NCBI GenBank assembly: GCA_965240325.2 | Contig: OZ251225.1 | Location: 1,736,001-1,800,000 of the forward strand | Direction of reading: 5' to 3' | Source: Rebecca billardiae RCC1528 | Lineage: Eukaryota > Protista > Haptophyta | DNA: 64,000 bases | In this document: positions 11,222-24,179 of the stretch, piece after piece | Layout of the letters: the number at the start of each line of letters is the position of its first letter | Numbering within the stretch: the first letter of the stretch is position 1 | The notes under the pieces: generated by a model | Told to the model about the DNA's origin: nothing | What the model saw: only the letters and a program-made list of their open reading frames with translations | Databases searched by the model: none | Made by a program: the position numbers and the translations under genes

Positions 11222-11785
11222 CGGAGCGTTGCGCCAGCTGGACAAACGCGAGGACGCTAGCTTTCGTATATCACGAAGCTACGGAGGGCCTCTGACGAGA
11301 GTCGCCTTCGGATCGGGGCCCTCTCCCGCTGTGCCGCATCGGCGCACGCTCGGCGGGCTACGTTTGCGCACGCCGTGCAGCTCGCGGTGCGTGCGCGTCG
11401 GCTAGCTGGCACACTGCTCCTGACGCACAAGTCGAACGACCGCAGCTGGGATGCCCTTTCGCGCGGCAAGGACGCGTGCGAGGCCGGTCGCTGCGGCCGA
11501 GCGGCGTGACAGTGCCGCCTGCACGCTGGGCGCCCATGGACGTGGCTTCGCCGCGCGCGCTCAGGCTGGCGAGCGTCGCGACCGAGTTCCACGACGCGTG
11601 CGACGCGCCATCTGCCCGCTTCCGTGCCTCCGACGCACGTTTTGCCCATGCGGCGGCGAAGCCGCCATCCGCCGCGCTTGGAGCTTTGCCGTTGGACAGA
11701 GCGCAGAACATTTCGTTTTGAAAAGCGCAGATCTGAAAACTCCAGGGACCGGAAGGCGTTTGTCCAGCTGGCGCAAACGCCCCTG
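11222..11785. mobile_element. Degenerate MITE-like element
   Basis: Perfect 21-bp inverted repeat TTGCGCCAGCTGGACAAACGC (11229-11249) / GCGTTTGTCCAGCTGGCGCAA (11756-11776), extending imperfectly to CGGAG / CCCTG ends. TA on the left flank only. Confidence 0.45.
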
Positions 11786-12319
11786 TTTCAGTTTCAAGCT
11801 CACAATCACAGCATCGCCACCCGGTGACCGGGAATCGAGTGAGCCGGTAAATACTGCTTGAGAAGGGGGTGGGGGATCTTCGGGAATCATTCGGTTCCGT
11901 GGTTGAATGAGTTTGTGGGCATCAGAGCATCGAGGGTAAATTTGACCACCTACCGAGGACTCACCGATGCGACACACAAGTATGGCCTCGTTCAAGTTTA
12001 AATTCTCGAACGTGGGAAGGCCGAATCCCGCTACCCGCTCGGTGCGAACCACTTTCGTCCCGACGTGCGCAACGCGGGCGATCTTTGTAAAATCTGGTGG
12101 AAGCCAATATGAGTCAATTTGATGGTCCTTTGGGTCGATCGTACCGACAATGACTATTTATTGAGCTGCCTCTACCTGCGCATACCCGACGCGAATAATC
12201 ACAAACCTCGAAACTTGGCTGGTGATGGGTCCACCACTCCTGGATCCATCAACGACCTTCGCAACGGCGACTTGCTGCGCACGCGTCTTCATCGATCTCT
12301 GGACTGGACGCGGCGGAGC

Positions 12320-15300
12320 ATGAGCAGTTGGCGCGCGATGCTCGGCCGCGGCGGCAGCGCCAAGGTCGACGCGAGCGAGAAAGCGCGCACGCTGGCCGAG
12401 GCTGATGGCCAGAGCTCCTCCATCCGCGATGCCGCGCCACGGAAGCCGCAGAAGCAGCAGCCAAGCGCTTCCCGCGCGGCCACAGGCAAGGACGCGACGG
12501 CGGGGCGCAAGGGCATCCTGCGCTCCGCGAACAGGGGCGGTTCCCGGCACCACCGCGGGCATCGCATCAAGTGGCGTGCCGTGCTTGTCGGTGACGACGC
12601 TTCTGAGCGGCACCAGGAGGTCCAGCGCCGGCTCGAGGAGGAGGCCGCCTCGCGCGAGCGGCGCGAGCGATTCCAGGTGCGCCGCGCGCGCGCGCGCGCC
12701 AACGCTGCCGTCGGGTGCGTGGCCGTTGGCCCCGGCTCACACCGCCGTTCTGGCTCCCCCGCGCCCACCCGCACGCACCGCGCGCGCGAGCGCGCGCGGC
12801 GCAGCACTACGCCAAGATCGCGCGGCTGCCCATCCTGTCGGTTGAGAACTTTCTCATTCCGCTCCGGCTCGCCATGCCCGTGCTGCTGGCGAGCAGCCCG
12901 GCGGCGATCGGGCTCGACGTGCTCTGCGACTTCTTCGAGCTGTGCTGGGTGGTGAACGCGCTCGAGAACGCGCGGCGCGAGGCGCGCGCGGCGGAGGCGG
13001 ACGCCGCGCCCGGCGGCCCGGCGCAGCGGCCGCGGTACTCGCTCACGCACGCGGCGCGCGACCTGGTCGTGCTCTGCTCCCTCCACGCCGGCCGCGCGCT
13101 CACGCTCCTGACGGGGCACACGCTCTACTTCGAGGTGCTGCTCGCGCCGCGGCTGATGCGCGTGCGCGAGCTGATCCACTTCATCGACGACATCAACAAC
13201 GACCTCTCCACCTCGGTCTCCTTCCTCGCCGTGTACAAGTTTGGGCTGGTGCTCGTGATGGTGCCGCACTGGGTGGCGTGCGCGTGGTGGCTGATCGCGA
13301 CTCGGTGGGCGAGCGGCGAGCCGCTCGAGCTGCCGCACTGGACGGCGCAGTTCGAGCTGCTCACGGGGAACGAGGAGCTCGACCCGTTCGCCCTCTCGAG
13401 CTGGGAGACCTACCTCATGGCACTGTACATGGCGTGGGCGGGGATGACCGCGATGGGCTACGGTGCGCGCGGGGGCGCTCGCGCTCATCGATTCGCGCAT
13501 GCGCGCCGCGCGCGCGCGGCCCCCTCACGCCCGGCCCCGCGCCGCTCGCTCCGCCGCGCACACCCCGTCGCTCCGCAGGCACGCTGGTGATCACCGTGCA
13601 ATCCGAGATCATCTTTGCGATCGTGATCTCGCTCGTGCAAATCGTGTTCTACGCGTTCGTGTTTGGCACGCTCTTCCACTACCTCGTGCGCACGGACGAG
13701 GCGACGGTGCACGCCAAGCAGCTGCTCAAGGCGGTGGACGAGTACACCGCCGAGCGCAAGCTGCCCGCCGAGCTCGCCGCGCGCATCCGCGGGCACTTCG
13801 AGTTCCAGCACCGCAAGAGCGCGGCCGCGACCGAGCGGATCTTCTCGCAGATGCCGCTCTCGCTCAAGACGGAGGTGGCGGTCGAGCAGTACGCGCGCGA
13901 GCTCGGCGCGACGCCGCTGCTGTACGCGTGCTCGCCGCAGTTCCTCAACCAGCTGGCGCTGTACCTGCGCGAGCGGTACGTGATGCCGCAGGAGACGGTG
14001 CTCGAGCGCGGCGAGGGCGCGACCGAGCTCCTCTGGTGCCTGGGCGGCTCGCTGTTTGTGAAGAAGGCCGACCTGCTCGTCTCGACCATCCGCTCCGACC
14101 TCGGCCCCGGCCAGATCGTCGGCGAGGTCGCCTTCTTCGCCGGCGTGCCGCAGCCGTACACGGTGCTCGCGACGCCGTCGGGCGAGGTGACCCTCGCCGT
14201 GCTCACGAGCATCGCGTTCGAGGAGATCGTCGGCTCGTACCCCGAGCAGGCCGACCTGATCACCGTCTCGCTGCTGCGCGGGTACGGCCTCGACAAGATG
14301 GGGCAGGACCTGCCCGGCGGCGCGGTCGGCGTCGACCTGAACGCGCTCTCGGAGGACGAGCAGAAGGAGCACGAGGCGCTGCGCGAGATGATCCGCGGGG
14401 CGATCGCCGGGAGAAACGAAGACCAGCTCTCGCAGATGCTGCTCGCGGTGTGGCAGGGCGACACGGAGACGGTGCGCACGCTCACGGCGCGCGGCTTCGA
14501 CCTCGACGCCGGCACGTACGACCAGCGCACGACGCTCCACCTCGCCGCGCTGCAGGGCAACGTCGCCATCGTCAAGCTGCTCTGCGAGCTCGGCGCGGAC
14601 GTGAACGTGAAAGACCGGTTCGGCTCGGTGCCGCTCAACGACGCCGTCGACAAGCAGCACTCGGGCGTGGCGGAGGAGCTGGCCAAGCACGGCGCCGAGC
14701 TGCAGCTCGAGCGGCCGGCGTCGAGCATGCACGCCGCCGCGCGCAGCGGCAGCCTGGCGCACCTGCGCATGCTGCTCGCGTACGGGGTCGAGGTGAACGC
14801 GGCCGACTACGACGCGCGCACCGCGCTGCACGTCGCCGCGTCGAACGGCGCGATCCGCGTCGTCGAGTACCTGCTCACCAGCATGGCGGACGTAGACGCG
14901 CGCGACCGCTGGGGCCGCTCCGCGCTCGACGAGGCGATCCAGTACGAGCACACCCTGGTCGCTCGGCTGCTCGCCTTCCACTCGGCGACGCCGGACGAGC
15001 CGCTGATGCGCGTGCGCATGCGCACCGCGGCCGCGGCGGGCGACGCGGAGACGCTCCGCTTCCTGATCGACATGGGCGCGCCCGCCGACATCCGCGACTA
15101 CGACGAGCGCACCGCGCTGCACTACGCGGTGCAGGCGGGCTCGATCTCGGCGACGCACCTGCTCGTCTCCTCACTCGCTGACGTCAACCTCACCGACCGC
15201 TGGGGCCGGCCGCCGATCGTGGACGCGCTGCAGAGCAACCACGAGATCGCGGCGCTGCTCTCGCACGCGGGAGGCGCGGAGGTGCCCGCCGAGTGGGCCG

Positions 15301-18300
15301 ACGCGGTCCCCTCGTCGGCGCTGCAGCAGGCGCAGGGCGGCTCGGGCCATCGGATGTACGCGCTCACGCGCAAGGTGCAGGAGCGCGCGCGCACGCGCCA
15401 GGCGGACGCGGACACGAAGCGCAACAAGACGCACGAGGTGACGCGCGCGATCAGCAAGCTCGGGCGCAAGATGCACGACCTCGCGCGCGCGCAGCGCTCG
15501 CTCTTCCGCACGCTCGGCCGCCACGCTGACCTGTGGATCAACGAGTACGGGCTGGCGGACGAGAGCGCGGACGACGACACGGACAGCGACCCGTCCGACG
15601 GCGACAGTGACAGCGACAGCGACGGCAGCGGCGACGGCGGCACCGCGGCCGCCGCCGCGCTCGTCACGTCAGGCAGCAGCCTGAACAGCGACGCGAACGG
15701 CGCGGGCGGCGGCGGCCTCTCCTCGCAGCGCTTCATCAAGCTGGTGCTGCAGCTGCCCAAGGCGGAGCAGGGTCTGACGACGCTGCGCGCCGCGTTCGCC
15801 GCCAAGCTCTCCCCCTCCGACCGCCGGGGTCTCCCGGACCGCGAGCGCCGGCGCGCGGAGGACCTGTCTCTCACGTCGCTGCTCGTCCTCGACCTCGGCC
15901 TCTCGCCCGAGCAGGCGCAGCAGGTGCGCGGCGAGATCTACGCCGAGCTCTTCAACTTCATCGGCGTGCCGATGGACGGCGACGGCGCGGCGGGCGTGCG
16001 CGGCGCGGCCGGCTCGGCGCTCGCCGAGGTCGCCGAGGCGGACGAGCAGGAGCAGCTGGCGCGCGTGGCCGTGCCCGGCGCGCCCTCCGCGACCGCGCAA
16101 GCGTACGAGCCGGCGCGCCCTGAAGTCGCGGTGCTGGCTGTGCCGAAGCGCACGCCCGGCGGCACGCGCCGCTTCCCAACGCGCTCCGCCGCCGACGCCA
16201 CCGGCGGCAGCGGCTCGGGCGCGGCCAGCCCGCTGGCGGGGCGCGCGGGCGGGATCGCGCGCCGCGGCTCCGGCACTGGCATGTCCCTCGTCGAGCTGTC
16301 GCGCCACTTGCAGAGCGTGGACGAGGAGCACGCCGCGCGCGAGGCGGCGGCGGGCGCGGGCCCGCTCGCCGGCCTCGGCGTGCCCGAGCCGCCCGTCGAG
16401 TACGAGCCCATCTTCCTCTCCGACCTCGGGCACGCCGTCCTGTTCTGCTCGCCGGCTTTCCTCGGCGCGCTCGCAGAGGTGCACGCTCGCGCCGCGGCTG
16501 GCGAGGGTGCCGCGCGGCAGTCGGGAGCCGCGGACGGCGAGGAGGGCACCGTCGCCAAGGCGCGGCGCAAGTTCCGGCTGTCGGCCAACTCCGCCATGTC
16601 CGCCATGCCTCCCAAGGGCAGCAAGGCCGGCTCGGTGGCCGGCAGCAACGGCCGCGCGCCGCGCGGCAGCGAGCGGTCGTGCCTGAGCAGCGAGAGCCCG
16701 TCGACAACGCTGAGCTGCAACGACAGCCTCTCGCGCGGCAGCGCCGGCAGCCGCTCCACGCGCGGCAGCGGCGGGCGCTTCTTCCGCGGCAGCGTCGGCG
16801 CGCGCTCGGGGTACAGCGGCGCCAGCGGCTACAGCGGCTACAGCGGCTACTCACCGGCCAATGCCAGCGCGCGCCCGTCGCGCATCGGCGCGGACGATGC
16901 CGACAGCGATGCGAGCGCGCCCGCGTCCAAGCCAGCCGCGCAGCCCCCCGCCGGCAGCGAGAGCCAGGCGCAGGCCCGCCCGAACGCGTGTGCAATCTTC
17001 CCCATCAACGCCGCGCCGAGCGCCTCCGACGCCTCGGCGGCCGCGCCGAGCGCGACCGTCGCCTCGATCGCCCAGGCCATGCACATTGTGTCGCAGCTCT
17101 TTGCCGTCTTCGACGTCGGCCGGCACGGCGCCGTCCGCCTGCGCGACGTGCGCCAGCTGCAGGGTGCGCGCGCGCGCCGCGCTGCGCCGCGCGCGCCCGC
17201 AGCCGCGCTGGGCGCGCGCTCTGTCCCTCAAGCGCGCGCACGCGCGCGTGCCGAGGTGTGACTCGGCGCGCACCCGCCGACCGCGCGCCCTGCGCCTGGC
17301 ACGCCGCGCCGCGCCGCGTGCCGCGCCGCGCGCAGGCGCGCTCGGCGAGATGGGCTCTGACGAAATCCGCTCGTTCCTCTCCTTCCTGGTGGAGAGCAGC
17401 CGGGCGTTCGCGCCCACCGCCGCCGACCGCCAGCTGGGCGTGCCCGAGGAGCAGCGGCGTGGCAGCCCTCAGCCGCGCCGCTCCTACGGCGACAGCCCGC
17501 ACGCCCAGGCCCGTCGCTCGCACGGCTCGGCCAGCCCTGCAGCCGGCAGTCCGCTCGGGGCCTCGAACCGCGCCGCGCCTGTCGCGGCCGGTCCGAGCGG
17601 CACCGGCTCGGAGCCCGCGGCGTCGGCGCTCTCGCCCGTCCACCAGCCCTCCTCGGCAGACCCGCGCCGGGCTAACGTCGCGCCCGCGCCGCCGCCCGCC
17701 GACGATGAGGCGGCGCCTGCAGCGGCCGAAGGCGCCGCGGACAGCGCGCACCTCCAAGCAGCGGTGCGCTCGCCCGCCGAGGCGGCCGCGCGCGGCTCTG
17801 CCGATACGGGCCGCGCGTCCGGCGGCGAGGGGGAGGAGGAGGAAGAGGAGGAGGAGGCGGGCGCGCCGGAAGACGCGCCGCTCTTCGCGCAGGCGCCGCC
17901 GCCGGCGAGCGCGCTCGTGAGCGGCACAGCCAGCGGCACGGTCGCTCTCGAGCTGCGCCGCCGCGGGCGCAAGCGGCCCTCCAACGGGCTGTTCGCCTCG
18001 CAGTCCTCTGTCCTCGGCGCTGCGGAGGGCTGGCGCGCCAAGAGCAAGGTGCCCAAGCAGATGACCAAGGTGCAGTTCGTGATCGGCGTCACGTCGTGGA
18101 TCCTGCTCTCCGCGGACGGCGAGGGCGAGGCCGAGGCAGACGGCGGCGCGGACGGCGCGGACGATCTGAAGCTCTCCCTCGCGAGCGTCGGCGGCGGCCC
18201 GCTTTCGCAGCCGCTGCAGCCGTCGCAGCGTGAGGACTTGGCCGTTGTTGAGTCCTCCGAGGCCAAGGCGCGCGGCGCGGCGCTCGACTCCGCCAGGCTC

Positions 18301-21300
18301 AAGGCGGAGCTAGACGACGTGCTCGTGACGCACGCCGCGTGCCACGCGATCTCCGACTCGATCTCGCAGCGCATAGAGACGAACCGGCTGAAGGGAGGCG
18401 AGCTGGCGACCGCGCCCGAGCTGCTTCACCTGGTCGCACACGTCGCGACGCTGCCGGCCGGCACGCGCGCGCAGCACATCAGCGCGTGGTGCGCCGAGCA
18501 CCTCGGCCTGGAGCTCGAGACGAGCTCGGTGGACGCGGTGGGCAGCGCGCTCACGGCCGCGGCGGCGGCGGCGGCGGGCGAGGCGACTGCAGGCTTGCGC
18601 GTGCCAGGCGGCTCGCCCGCAGCCGCGGCCGCGGCCAAGGCCGCGCCCGCCGAGGTGGCGGCAGCCGTCCTGGCGGCAGCGGAGGCGGAGGAGGAGGGCG
18701 GGCGAGTCACGTGGAGCCGGCTCGCGAGCGCGCTGCAGCACAAGGCGGCGGAGCTGCGCGCCAAGTCGACGGCCGGTGGCGCCGCCGCCGCCGCCCTGCT
18801 CGCGGCCGGCGGCGGCGCGGCCGCCGTCGCGCCGGACACGCTCGAGCTCGAGGCGCGGCCGTGGCACGTTCTCTCGATCCACTCGGCCGCGTACAAGGTG
18901 TGCCACGCGGTGCTGCTCGGCGTGTGCCTCCTCGACTTTCTGCTCATCCCGCTGCAGCTCGCGTTCGTCGACCTGACCGAGCACATGGCGTGGCTCAGCG
19001 CCGTCAACTACGCGTGCGACGCGCTGTACATCCTGCACGTGGCGCTGCGCTTCAACGTGTCGCACGTGAACGAGGCGTCGCGCGAGGTGTTCGCGCCGCG
19101 CGAGATCCGGAAGCACTACCGCGACACGGACTTCACGCTGGACGCGTTCGCGTCGTGGCCGCACAACTGGCTGCTGCTCGCGGTGGGCGTCGACCACGTG
19201 ATCGTCGCGAGCGTGCGCCTCCTGCGCCTCCTCAACCTGCGGCACCTGTGGCGCGCCGTGCGCGCGTGGCAGAGCCGCACGAGCGAGCAGCTGGGCGCCG
19301 AGCTGCTCAAGTTCCTCGCCACGATGCTGTTCACCGCGCACGTGTGCGCGTGCGCCTTTTACGTGTTCGGGTACACCGAGCTCGCGCACGAGCACACGAG
19401 CACGACGTGGGCCGACCTGTACCGCGTGCAGAACAAGGCGGTGGGCGGCGTGGACTACTTCTACGAGTCGACCGAGGCGCGCCTGTTCGACAAGTACATC
19501 GTGAGCCTCTTCATGATCGTGAGCATGCTCACCACGCTCGGCGTGGCGCAGCTGCCGGCGAACGTGGCGGAGCTCGGCTTCTACCTCGCCATGTTCGTGC
19601 TCAACATGACGGTGTACGCGTGGACGGTCGGCGGCATCTCGGGCGTCGTGATGAAGCTGGACGACGAGGTGGTCGCCAAGCGCGCGCAGCTCGAGCTCGT
19701 CGACGCGTATCTCGCGCATATCTCGGTGTCTGCCGAGCTCAAGGAGCGGATGCGCAAGTACTTCATTAAGCGGCTGCAGTCCGCCTCGCTGTCCAACGTG
19801 ACCAACGACGAGATCTACGCCGCGCTGCCGATGAGCCTGCAGATGGAGGTCTCGCAGCACGTGAACCGCTCGCTCGTGGGCAACTGCTCGCTGCTGCGCG
19901 GCTGCTCGGACGCCTTCCTCAACAGGCTGTCCTCCATGCTCCGCGAGCGCGAGGTCGAGGCGGAGACGATGGTCTTCCGCGCGGGCGACGCGTGCAAGGA
20001 GCTGCTCTTCCTCGGCCGCGGCGCGATCGAGATGCTCAGCGTGGTCGAGCAGCCGGAGGAGCAGCAGACGGGCGCAGACGACGAGCTGCTGATGGAGGTG
20101 GTCGACGTGCTCGGCGAGGGCGACACGCTCGGCGACATGCAGGTCTGTTTGTCTGCGCGCACGCACGCGCAAGCGCACGCGGAAGCGCGCGCTCATGCGC
20201 GCGCGGGGAGTGTGTGCGCACGGGGAGGGCGGGCAGGGTGCGGTGCCGTGAGCCTGCGGTCGACATGCAGAACGACCCCGCGGGGTGTGCGCGCGCGGGC
20301 GGGCCTTCAGACGTGCGCTCTCACGCGCCCATCTCCGCGCTCTCCGACGCCCCGACGCGCCTCGGCTGCCCGCGCCGCGCACGCGCGCACCAGTTTGTCT
20401 TTGGCATCCGGCACATCGTGAGCGCGCGCGTCGCCAAGGGCGCCGACGCGTTCGTCTTCTCGCTCTCGCGGGAGCGGTACCGCGACCTGCTCAAGCTCTT
20501 CCCCTCGCAGGAGGACGTGGTGATGGACAACGCCGTGCGGCAGTATGACGGTGCGCGGCGCACGCAGCGCAGCGCAGCGCGCGCTGAGCCGTGCCGCGCC
20601 GCGCCGCGCGCCGCCGTGCAACGCCGCGCGCCGCGCGCGTCGCCCGAGCTGACAGTCGCGCGGCCCAACCCACGGCGCTGGCGGCCCTTTGACGCCCGCT
20701 CGCGCGCCCGCCCCTCTCTTCCACGCAGGCGTGGTCACGTCGCGCACGTCGCACACGCAGGAGGGGACGCACTCGCGACGCACGTCGGTCGCGGCCTCGG
20801 AGGCGAGCGGCTTCAGTGCGGCCAAGCCTTCCGAGGCAGGCAGCGCGGCGCCGAGCGTGACCGCTCGGAGCACCGTCAGCGTCGGCAGCGCCGCCGGTCG
20901 GTCGTACGCGACGTCGGAGGCGCCCTCAGACGCGCGCTCGGCCGCCGCGTCGCTCAAGTCGTTCAAGGAGAGCGACCTCAAGAGCGTGCAGACGGTGTGA
21001 AGCGCCCGCGCACCGAGCGCGCGCCGCATCGCGCCTGCGGGCACGGCGGCAGCAGCCGCGCGCGCCGCGCCCCCCAGCCCGGTCTGACGCCGACGCCCCT
21101 GCATGCCCGCGCGCGCGCACAGGTCGTGACGGTCGCCAAGCGCAAGCGGCGCGAGCTGCAGCACTCGCGGCTGTGCACGGCGTGCTCCAAGGGCGAGCTC
21201 GACACGGTGATGCGGCTGCTCGCCACGAACCAGCTCGACATCAACTTTGGCGACTTCTCAGGCCGCGCGGCGCTGCACCTCGCCGCGTGCGGCGGCAACA

Positions 21301-22706
21301 CGCGCGTGGTGGAGCTGCTGCTGGCCGCGCGCGCCGAGATCAACGTCGAGGACAAGCGGGGCGCCACGCCGCTCGCGGACGCGCTCGCCAACGGCCAGGC
21401 CGAGGTGGCCGAGCTGCTCGCCGCGCGCGGCGGCCGGCATGGCTCACAGTCGCTCGCTGACGCGCTGTGCGACGCGGCGCACACCGCGGACGGCAGCGGC
21501 CTCGCGCAGCTGCGGCGGCTCACGCAGTACGGCGGCGACGCGAACGCGGCCAACGCGGAGCGGCGCACTGCGCTGCACATCGCCGCCGCCGACGGCAACA
21601 CCGAGGCAGTCCGGCTGCTCCTCGAGCACCGGGCCGACGTAAACGTTACAGACCGCTCTGGCGGCACGCCGCTGCGCGACGCGCTGCTCGCGCGCGAGGA
21701 CGGCGCCGCCGCGGCGCTGCTGCAGAACGGCGGCGAGCTGGGCGACTTTGATGCGGCGCTGCACATGTGCCGCACGGCCGCGGCCGACGACGCGGAGCAC
21801 CTCGCCCGGCTGCTGCGCGTGCGCTGCGACGTCAACGCCGCCGACACGCACGGGCGCACCGCGCTTCACCTCGCCGCGTCGCGGCTGCACGTGCGCTCGT
21901 GCCACTTCCTACTCACCACCGCCGGCCTCGACGTGAACGCCGAGGACCAGATGGGGCACACGGCGCTGGACGACGCGCTGCGCGAGGAGCCGAGCGGCAG
22001 CCGCGTGCTCAGCACGCTGATCAGCGCGCACGGCGGCCGGCGCGGCTCCGCCAAGCCGCACATCTCCGCCGAGGCGCTCGCCGCGCGCCGCGCCGACATC
22101 GACCGCGAGAGGCTGCAACGGGTGGAGGGCTCGATCGCGGCGCGCGACGCGCTGCTGGCCAAGCTGCGCGCGCTCGACGAGTGGGTGGGCACGGAGCAGA
22201 AGGCGGTGGCGCGCGTGCGCTCGGCCGTGGACGACGCGCTGCAGCTCGAGCGCGCGCACGGCGCCGTGCTCGCCGACCAGCGCCCCGAGCTGTGGAGCAC
22301 CCTGCTTGAGTACTCTGAATCTCACCACGCTTGGTTTGCGCACGCGGCGCGCTCGGTGCAGCCGTCGCTCCTCACGTGGGGCGAGGAGTCGAAGGAGGTC
22401 CGCTTCGCCGCGAAGCCGCTCAAGTCGCTGCACGGCAAGGTGCGCCCCAGGCCGCGCGCCCGCGCGCTCTCCACCCCCGCCCCCGCCCCCGCGCGAGCAT
22501 GCACCGAGGCCGCGAGCGCCCATCTGCCCACACCGCCCCGCCGGCGCCGCCCTGACCCGTGACCGTTCGTCCGCGCGCGTTCGCGCGCGCAGCTCAAGGA
22601 CGTGCTACGGGTGCACGACGAGGGCGCGCGCGCCGTCGAGCGGCTGTGCGAGGTGGACTTCCGCCCGCCGAAGCAGCAGCCCGAGCCCGCAGCGGCAGCC
22701 AAGTAG
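12320..22706 (+). CDS. Tandem double Shaker-like (SKOR/AKT-type) cyclic-nucleotide-binding, ankyrin-repeat cation channel, 3086 aa, 8 exons
   Basis: Exons 12320-12676, 12805-13462, 13579-17163, 17336-20142, 20394-20550, 20729-20994, 21123-22439 and 22593-22706. All introns are GT-AG and phase-compatible; total 9261 nt. Module 1: HWVACAW S5, pore GMTAMGYGT, C-linker/CNBD (GEVAFF), 9 ankyrin repeats. EF-hand-like LFAVFDVGRHGAVRLRDV in the linker. Module 2: S4 VRLLRLLNLR, HVCACAFY, pore MLTTLGVAQLP, CNBD, 9 ankyrin repeats. Confidence 0.88.
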
Positions 22707-23026
22707 TGGCAGGCTGCACAGCCGACCCTCCGCTCGGATCGGCCATCACGCTTTACGTGATCGTCCGTGATGGCCATCAGCCATCGGCATCGTCGGCAGG
22801 GCGACATCTGCTGACTAGATATCATCAGCAGACAAACAACATACAGTCATCACTGCCGCCACTGCTGCCATTCATCCTTAGTAGCACGGCCTGGCGCGCG
22901 CGCTCATATCTGATCATCAGTGAGTGACTGATGACTGATGATCGGTCACTCCATTGACGACACCGCAGTGAGTAGCACTAACACGGTGCCACTAGCAGCA
23001 GCGTGACCGTGAGTAGCGCGCGAATA

Positions 23027-23049
23027 ATATATATATATATATATATATA

Positions 23050-23130
<81 letters not shown>
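23027..23130. repeat. Compound microsatellite (AT)n + (CT)n
   Basis: Directly visible. Confidence 0.98.
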
Positions 23131-23134
<4 letters not shown>

Positions 23135-23236
23135 GACGATGCTGATCCTGGTGTTTGTCTCTGCTGCTCGATCTGGTCATCTGCTGCTACAGCTTGCTGC
23201 TAAGTCTGACGCCTGCCCGTGGCGTCATCTTCACTG
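23131..23236. mobile_element. 106-bp mini-element with CAGTGA(A/C)GATG inverted ends carrying a LINE 3'-UTR segment
   Basis: Ends CAGTGACGATG / CATCTTCACTG. Interior 23141-23220 matches the reverse complement of 24197-24265. The same terminus CAGTGAAGA follows the (TA)n array at 38209. Confidence 0.5.
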
Positions 23237-23264
23237 ATATATATATATATATATATACAGGGGT

Positions 23265-23273
23265 ACGTCGTTA
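23265..23273 (+). mobile_element. 9-nt extreme 3' end of the RLE LINE, flanked by a 14-bp TSD
   Basis: ACGTCGTTA equals the LINE 3' terminus (24188-24180, minus strand). Flanked by ATATATACAGGGGT at 23251-23264 and 23274-23287. Confidence 0.65.
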
Positions 23274-23280
23274 ATATATA

Positions 23281-24076
23281 CAGGGGTCTCAACAATTAAT
23301 CGTCACATTCTGACTGAGCTGCACGCCACTGCTCACCCTGCCCCCCTGGGCTGATCCAGGCGGCCCCCACGGTCCGTGCACGACGGTTTTGACCCAGCGC
23401 GTCAGCCCCAGCGCGCGTGGGCTGGAGTTGGGCACACCAGCAGGTCACACGGCTGCAGGCGTACAGCCTGTCGCAGCTGGCCAGATCCTGCCTCAGGCTT
23501 GTCGTCACTGGTCGCGGGCCGTGTGCCCACACAGACCAGGCCTAAATTTTGCTTGGCAGTGGATCTGGTACCCCCTAGGGAGGGCTGCATGCCACCTGGG
23601 GGGGAGCTCATGGGATGCAGCGCCAGCTGCTGTGGCACAGTGCCCAATCCCGCACCCCCACCTGCGCAAGGCCAAGGACCTGTCGGGTCAGCTCCCCTGC
23701 ACTGGGAGGCCAGCAGCAGCACCCGCTGACACACCCCGAGGGTGGCCAGCCACCCGACTTGAGGGGGCTGGAGTGGGGCTGGTGCAGCCAAGAGCTCTGC
23801 AGCCTAGCTGCTGGTGGCTGGCCTGCATGGATTTTCAAGCTGACCACCCACTGCTGCCTGCCGCACCCCTCGCTGCACCCACCTGGGCTGCTGCACATGC
23901 GCACTCTGGATGGCACCACAGCCCAGCATGGAGAGCTGGCCAAGCAGCCACCCACTCGTCAGGATGGCCAGGGAGTGGGCTGTGCTGAGACCACATCTAG
24001 CCAGGCAATCAAGTGCTCACATGCCTGTCCAGTGGCACAATAAACAGAGATACAGCGCTAATTGTTGAGACCCCTG
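23281..24076. mobile_element. Tc1/mariner-type MITE (796 bp)
   Basis: Perfect 18-bp TIR CAGGGGTCTCAACAATTA / TAATTGTTGAGACCCCTG with TA on both flanks. No transposase ORF. Interior is CpG-poor relative to neighbouring genes. Confidence 0.85.
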
Positions 24077-24179
<103 letters not shown>

